A stretch of 12,475 nucleotides of DNA from positions 1 to 12,475 of the forward strand of contig DAOVER010000072.1 in assembly GCA_030668875.1 (NCBI GenBank), written 5' to 3'. Of the stretch, positions 7,990 to 12,475 are shown piece after piece (positions within the stretch are counted from its first letter, which is position 1; every line of letters starts with the position of its first letter). The position numbers and the translations under genes were made by a program. Origin of the DNA: Candidatus Heimdallarchaeota archaeon. Lineage in GTDB: Archaea; Asgardarchaeota; Heimdallarchaeia; Heimdallarchaeales; Heimdallarchaeaceae. The notes beneath the pieces were generated by a model. It made no database searches. It worked only from the letters and a program-made list of their open reading frames with translations, and was not told where the DNA came from.

Positions 7990-8279
7990 ATTTGGTTGGG
8001 CAAAACCTACTCCTTCTTACATTTTAGAGTTTTGTAACAATTGTTTAGACACAAAATCCCCTATTTTTGCTTCTGTAGGTGGTTTTTTGTTCATTTCACC
8101 AGTTTACATGTAGTTTTTCAATTTTTTCTACATTTTTTTCCACATTTGAGACAAAATATGTTTTCTCAGTAAAGAGGAGAACATATATGTTCTTGACAAT
8201 TGGAACAAAACCAGAGTAATTTCTTCCCTGCAAACCTTCCTCTTGAGTAGCAATCTATTTTACATTGATTTCTACAAGA
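7990..8279 (-). pseudogene. Possible decayed (or recoded) multi-zinc-ribbon gene
   Basis: One minus frame reads SCRNQCKIDCYSRGRFAGKKLLWFCSNCQEHICSPLY*ENIFCLKCGKKCRKN*KTTCKLVK*TKNHLQKQK*GILCLNNCYKTLKCKKE*. A neighbouring frame ends RFCPTK*. No in-frame ATG/GTG/TTG before the CxxC motifs. Confidence 0.3.
8178..8193. repeat. Perfect 16-bp palindrome
   Basis: AGAACATA|TATGTTCT; the arms are exact reverse complements. Confidence 0.9.
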
Positions 8280-8304
8280 ACTAGAGTAAAAAGATAATAC
8301 AAAT

Positions 8305-9522
8305 TTATTCTAAAACTAGTTTCACTGTTTTTTCAACATACTCCTCTATTCTTTCCTCAACTGATTTAACTAAGTTAGATACTTTCTCTTCGATTTCTTC
8401 TTTTTCTCTCTCTAGTGATAAAGTGATTCTTTGCCGATCTATTGTGTAATTACCTATTTCTTCGTTCAATTTTTTGATTCTAACATCCATTTTAAGAACA
8501 GAAAATTTTCTGTTTATAGCCTCACTTTGGTTTATAAGGAATTTAGCTTTTTGTTGATACTCAGCTAAACCGTCATTTAATATTTCCTCAATGTTTTCAT
8601 AAGCTCTATTCAGTTTCTCTTTTTTCATCTGAACAGCTGGACTACTGCTTATTTCTTTAAGTATTTTTAGAGTGGATTTTACGCCTCTGTACCCATCGCC
8701 TTCTTTTATCAAAGTAGTCAAAGGATCTTTAATAAGCGACTTCATTGTATCTTTATCATAATCACTAAGTTCTACTTTTTTGGTTTCTGCGGCTTTTAAG
8801 ACTTTGCTACTTAGTTTTTTAATCTCTGAAATCTTATTTGAAATAGAGATTTCTATATGGTCTAGCTCTTTTTTGTTTTTCTCCAATTGAAGATATCCGG
8901 GATGGTTTGTCAATTCATCTAATTCTTTCCGTTTCTTATCAAGTACTTTAGTAATTTTAGCAATATCATCTGCATGAGAATTGATTTCTGAAACAATCTC
9001 CTTCTTCCGTCCAACAAATTCAATGAGAGATTCTATGTCATCAGAAATTTTTTCATATTTGACAATTTCAGAATACGATATCAGAGTTTTGTTTTCAAAA
9101 ACATAAACATCTTCTTTTACGCGTGTAAGAGCTCTGTCAAGATTTTTTACATTATTCTTGTACGAACGGTCTCTTTTCAACCACGATAAGTATTTGGCTA
9201 ATAGGTTGGTGTATGCGTTTATTCTATTTTTAAAATCACTATTTAGAGAATCTAATATATTATAAGTAATATTTTCTGGTGTTTCAATCTCTCCAAATAT
9301 CTCAAGTGTCTTATTATATATGGTAGTAGCATAATTCTGGTAAACATCCGGGTCTTTCAGATCCGAATAATCAAATCGATGAGCGGCAGTTTTAAGCTCT
9401 TCAATGCGGTCTAATACTGATCTAACCTGTTTAATTGCAGTGTTCCTATATTTTGAAACAATTGATGATATATGGTTATTGAACCATTCTAAAGCATCTT
9501 CCAAAGATTTGTTTTCAGACAT
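8305..9522 (-). CDS. Uncharacterised all-helical long coiled-coil protein (405 aa)
   Basis: Long uninterrupted K/E/I/L-rich ORF with heptad stretches at about aa 150-245 and 320-400. No Walker A motif and no transmembrane segment. AGGT upstream of ATG. Confidence 0.85.
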   Translation of the reverse strand: MSENKSLEDALEWFNNHISSIVSKYRNTAIKQVRSVLDRIEELKTAAHRFDYSDLKDPDVYQNYATTIYNKTLEIFGEIETPENITYNILDSLNSDFKNRINAYTNLLAKYLSWLKRDRSYKNNVKNLDRALTRVKEDVYVFENKTLISYSEIVKYEKISDDIESLIEFVGRKKEIVSEINSHADDIAKITKVLDKKRKELDELTNHPGYLQLEKNKKELDHIEISISNKISEIKKLSSKVLKAAETKKVELSDYDKDTMKSLIKDPLTTLIKEGDGYRGVKSTLKILKEISSSPAVQMKKEKLNRAYENIEEILNDGLAEYQQKAKFLINQSEAINRKFSVLKMDVRIKKLNEEIGNYTIDRQRITLSLEREKEEIEEKVSNLVKSVEERIEEYVEKTVKLVLE

Positions 9523-9695
9523 TGACGTCTACCTTCTATAAAGTTCTGAAAATATACCATTATAATATTTTTCATTTAAGAAAAGAATTTTACTAATAAA
9601 TACAAACTTATTGGTGAAACGAATTGCAAAAGTTTAATTTTTTGAGATTTATATGAAAAAACATATAGTAGTTAAAGTAAAACAAAGATATCCAA

Positions 9696-10115
9696 ATGAC
9701 TCAATTCAAATTTCAATGCTATGGACATTCAAATGTTAAATCCATTCATAGAACCACCCTTGAATTTACGACAGAATCTGACCTTTCAACTAAAGGAAAT
9801 TGTATTTTGGCAGTAAAATCAACATGTAGTTTGAGAGATTTACCTGACAATCTAAAAGAGAGAATGAAAATAGATGGGCAAACCATTACAGTGATACTAG
9901 AAGTTGATCATAAACAAGAGAAAATAATAGGGTATGGTAGTTCAAAATTATCCTTTGTTGATGAAAATGCTTTGATTATAAGAAAAAGCTCATTTGTCTG
10001 TTCCCGAACATTGATGATTAACTCTAACAAAGCTGCTTCTGATATTCCACGGGATATTGTCAGTTCCTTAACAAACCCAAGCAATGTTCTGAATGTAACA
10101 ATTCAAGTCGATTGA
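9696..10115 (+). CDS. DUF371 family protein
   Basis: GHSNVKSIHRTTLEFT..., KGNCILAV, LIIRKSSFVCSRTLMINSNKAASDIPR.IV..L match the archaeal DUF371 consensus. Confidence 0.9.
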   Translation: MTQFKFQCYGHSNVKSIHRTTLEFTTESDLSTKGNCILAVKSTCSLRDLPDNLKERMKIDGQTITVILEVDHKQEKIIGYGSSKLSFVDENALIIRKSSFVCSRTLMINSNKAASDIPRDIVSSLTNPSNVLNVTIQVD

Positions 10116-11176
10116 AGGGCAATAATTGCTTCTAAACAAGCATGAATCTCTCTTGGAGCGCTTTCTCTTACTTTGTGAAAATCGATTATCTCCTTAATCT
10201 CCCAACCGAATTTTGCCAGCTCTTGTTTTAGAATACTCACTACATGATCTTTTCCATCTTCAGTGGCAACAAACTGGTAAAAGTGAATTATTCCTCCTGG
10301 TTTTAGAATCTGACACACTACATCAATATAATCTTGAGAATAACTTGGAAGGTTCATAATTATCCTGTCAGCTTTTGGCAGAGAGCTCGCAAGTTCTCTA
10401 CAATCTCCATGAAGGGGGTTAATATGTCCCTTTAGTTTATTCAATACCAAGGATCTTTCCAAGCATTTAATGGCCTTCTGGTTTATATCTATGGCATATG
10501 TGGTTGCATTGTGATTCTGAGCAATATGTAGAGGAAAGGGTCCTACTCCAGTAAAAAGATCAATTATGATTTCATCTTCTTTTACTAAATCAGCTACTCG
10601 TTTATGTTCATAACTCAGTCTAGGACTAAAATAAGTTTCACAAGCATCTACAAAAATAGTCACACCGTGTTCAAGATGAATGGTTTCGCATTTTTTTTCA
10701 CCTGCTATGAGGTCTAGTCCTCTAGTCCTTAATTGACCAGAAACAGCTGAGGCTTTTCGGTATACCGTTTTGAGTGAGGGAAACAATGAATAGAGTGCCT
10801 CTCCAATTTTTTTCTTATAGTCCATTACCTCTTCAGCAATTTCTACAACAGCTATTTCTCCAATTACATCATACGCTTTGGGTATGAATTCATGCAAGTT
10901 CTCAGGAATATATATAGAAGCTGCTTCATAGAGATTTTTGGGTTGAACGTCCTTTTGAGGAAAATTGAAGATATTAAGCTCAAATCCCTCTATTGAGGAT
11001 GAAGAAAGTAGTAATTGTCTTGCGTCATTTTTAGAGAGAGTTATAGGAATAATTAGATGATTTTCATCACGTATAAAATCTAAAGAAGTATCAATAACAT
11101 CATGTGAGAGAAGTGTTTTTCTTAATGTTTCAGCATATTTGAAACGTATTTTAACTCCAACAGACTCTATTTGCAT
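10103..11176 (-). CDS. trm5: tRNA (guanine37-N1)-methyltransferase, Trm5 family (Trm5b-like NLP motif)
   Basis: AYDVIGEIAVVEI, R.RGL.LIAGE....TIH.E.G, YFSPRL..E..RVA, SAM motif DLFTGVGPF, IIMNLP, GGIIHFY. The N-terminal D1-like domain begins MQIESVGVKI at ATG 11176; the ORF-track TTG at 11257 looks too far upstream. Confidence 0.92.
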   Translation of the reverse strand: MQIESVGVKIRFKYAETLRKTLLSHDVIDTSLDFIRDENHLIIPITLSKNDARQLLLSSSSIEGFELNIFNFPQKDVQPKNLYEAASIYIPENLHEFIPKAYDVIGEIAVVEIAEEVMDYKKKIGEALYSLFPSLKTVYRKASAVSGQLRTRGLDLIAGEKKCETIHLEHGVTIFVDACETYFSPRLSYEHKRVADLVKEDEIIIDLFTGVGPFPLHIAQNHNATTYAIDINQKAIKCLERSLVLNKLKGHINPLHGDCRELASSLPKADRIIMNLPSYSQDYIDVVCQILKPGGIIHFYQFVATEDGKDHVVSILKQELAKFGWEIKEIIDFHKVRESAPREIHACLEAIIALQST

Positions 11177-11267
11177 TGACTTATACCAATAAAGAAAGCT
11201 TTTAAGACTTATTTTTAAGTACAGAAGATGAGCCATGATATAATTTAGTGAAAACAAGGTGTCCCCA

Positions 11268-12218
11268 TTGATAAAAGCTATACTCGTACTGAAGACAAAT
11301 GGATCTTGTAGATATTATAGAATCTATGATGAAAAGTGGAGTAAAGAAGAGAAAAATGTGGAAGTTGTAAGTTATATAACAGCAGTGACTTCTATTATTG
11401 GTGAGTTTGGGGAAAAATCTCCTGAACTTATTGAATTTGGTGATAACGAGATTGTTTGCGAAGCAAAGGGGGAATATATCTTAACAATTGTCAAAAATAA
11501 AGGAAAATTCAATAGATTGGCTGATAGAGTTAAGAAAAATTTCAGGGATAATTTTCAACCTCTTCATCGAATCACTGAAAGTCCTTTCTGGATTGAAGAT
11601 GATAATTTTCTAGCAAAGGAAAGAGAAGGTATATACAAGTTTATGCGAAATCTGAATCTTATAGTCAACGTTAGAACACATCAAAATGGCACAGAAAGGA
11701 TAAAGGTAAGTGAAGATTTGTTTAAAGACAAACCCTTGGTTATAGGAGACGTAGATTTATTGATAACAATAGAAACAGGACAACCAGTATTCCTAATGTT
11801 AACACTTACTTTGCCGTATGATGCAACACTTTTCACAGCTTTCATGTCAGCAATCTTAGATTTAGGAACAGCCATCGGATTAGGAGAATTAAATAAAATT
11901 GAAAGTAATAACTTAGTATTGTACGTGAGAAAGATAGGAAAAGCTTTCGCTGTAGTAATAACCCGAAATAAGGAAAACAGAATAGCATACAAACGATTCA
12001 CAGAATTTGTTGCTGATCTATGTGATAATTGGTTGAATAAAGAAGGAATAGAAATAGATGAAGCATTCCAAGTATTTGAGGAAAGAAAGCAATTTGAACA
12101 AATTCTGAAAATGATTATTGATACAGAGACATGGGAGAAACATATGATAAAAGAGTGGGAGAGAGAATACGCACAACTAAGAACAATAGAACAAGAGCTC
12201 AGGTCATCGTTAACTTAA
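11268..12218 (+). CDS. Tandem (double) longin-like domain protein with a C-terminal helix
   Basis: Two beta-beta-alpha-beta-beta-beta-alpha-alpha patterns (ORF aa ~4-133 and ~161-288). The second has the DxxLFTAFMSAIxxLxxxIGxGxLxxI motif I associate with Asgard longin-like domains. Likely start is TTG 11268 (AGGTG 6 nt upstream, giving MIKAILVL). Fold is called by eye. Confidence 0.65.
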   Translation: MIKAILVLKTNGSCRYYRIYDEKWSKEEKNVEVVSYITAVTSIIGEFGEKSPELIEFGDNEIVCEAKGEYILTIVKNKGKFNRLADRVKKNFRDNFQPLHRITESPFWIEDDNFLAKEREGIYKFMRNLNLIVNVRTHQNGTERIKVSEDLFKDKPLVIGDVDLLITIETGQPVFLMLTLTLPYDATLFTAFMSAILDLGTAIGLGELNKIESNNLVLYVRKIGKAFAVVITRNKENRIAYKRFTEFVADLCDNWLNKEGIEIDEAFQVFEERKQFEQILKMIIDTETWEKHMIKEWEREYAQLRTIEQELRSSLT

Positions 12219-12302
12219 CCACTATTTTTTGGAGTTCTCTTCTTTTTGATTATTTTAAACCATATCAAAATTACCGTTAGTAACAGATGATTAAAATCTT
12301 AT

Positions 12303-12475
12303 TCAATCTTGCCAGAAGTCTCTGAGCTGTCCCTCATTGCATGTTGAGGTGGTGATGGTTAATACCTCTCCAATTTTCTTCCATTTTTCTACGAGTTTAT
12401 ATAGGAAAGTGTTGATATATGGGTAGTGCTTGGCGAAAACTCGCCATATTTATGGTTCGCAAGTGTTTGAACACT
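12303..12475 (-). pseudogene. Possible frameshifted 3' fragment of a gene entering from the right edge
   Basis: VFKHLRTIN from the edge in one frame, then IWRVFAKHYPYINTFLYKLVEKWKKIGEVLTITTSTCNEGQLRDFWQD* (12449-12303, 48 codons, no start codon) in the next frame. Local GC is ~40% by count. Confidence 0.25.

Noticed and set aside
8017-8094. 25-aa - ORF MNKKPPTEAKIGDFV... preceded by GGTGA
   Set aside because: The SD-like motif is only 1 nt from the ATG and the peptide is featureless.
8000-8100. SECIS-like element (ATGA...GA, ACCTAC/GTAGGT arms)
   Set aside because: Only a 6-bp pairing across a ~65-nt loop; no plausible helix II or kink-turn geometry.
8178-8193. Resemblance of the palindrome to a LexA/DinR box (GAAC-N4-GTTC) or a steroid response element
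   Set aside because: The spacer length is wrong for both and neither regulator is expected in an archaeon.
6470-9522. SMC/Rad50/SbcC or phosphoserine phosphatase labels for the coiled-coil proteins
   Set aside because: Neither protein has Walker A/B, ABC signature, Zn-hook or HAD DxD motifs.
9653-9739. 28-aa + ORF MKKHIVVKVKQRYPND...
   Set aside because: Begins within the putative TATA element and overlaps the DUF371 start out of frame; likely chance.
11177-11267. ORF-track N-terminal extensions of trm5 (from 11257) and of the longin gene (from 11259)
   Set aside because: They would leave 1 nt between divergent genes with no room for promoters; family-typical starts lie at 11176 and 11268.
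11681-12001. 106-aa - ORF
   Set aside because: Antisense shadow within the longin-like gene; no start context or motif.
12431-12475. Two 6-bp hairpins (TGGCGA/TCGCCA; AGTGTT/AACACT)
   Set aside because: 6-bp stems are expected several times per window by chance, and the second is cut by the window edge.
1-12475. CRISPR array, tRNA, rRNA, intact transposase or integrase
   Set aside because: No regularly spaced direct repeats, cloverleaf arms, long GC-rich structured tract or DDE/tyrosine-recombinase ORF seen.

Overview
AT-rich (about one-third GC, estimated by eye), densely packed archaeal chromosomal window with 12 complete genes in alternating divergent and convergent blocks. In order: MOFRL-type glycerate kinase (+); translin/TRAX-family RNase (-); a three-gene unit of trans-polyprenyl diphosphate synthase, stand-alone CinA-N/COG1058 pyrophosphatase and GPN-loop GTPase (+); cis-prenyltransferase UppS (-); a degenerate NYN-domain protein (+); an archaeal COG1340-type coiled-coil protein (-); a Roadblock/LC7 protein (-); a 405-aa unknown coiled-coil protein (-); DUF371 (+); Trm5 tRNA m1G37 methyltransferase (-); and an apparent tandem-longin protein (+). 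There are gene fragments at both edges. The archaeal housekeeping set plus roadblock and longin-like eukaryotic-signature domains points to an Asgard archaeon (inference, not a database result). I see no rRNA, tRNA, CRISPR array or intact mobile element. Most interesting: (i) the double-longin protein and its loose neighbourhood of roadblock, GTPase and coiled-coil genes; (ii) a cryptic, stop-interrupted multi-CxxC zinc-ribbon-like frame in the unexplained ~360 bp gap at 7945-8304; (iii) a prenyl synthase with a GGPPS-like scaffold but long-chain-type chain-length residues; (iv) a NYN protein that has lost catalytic residues.
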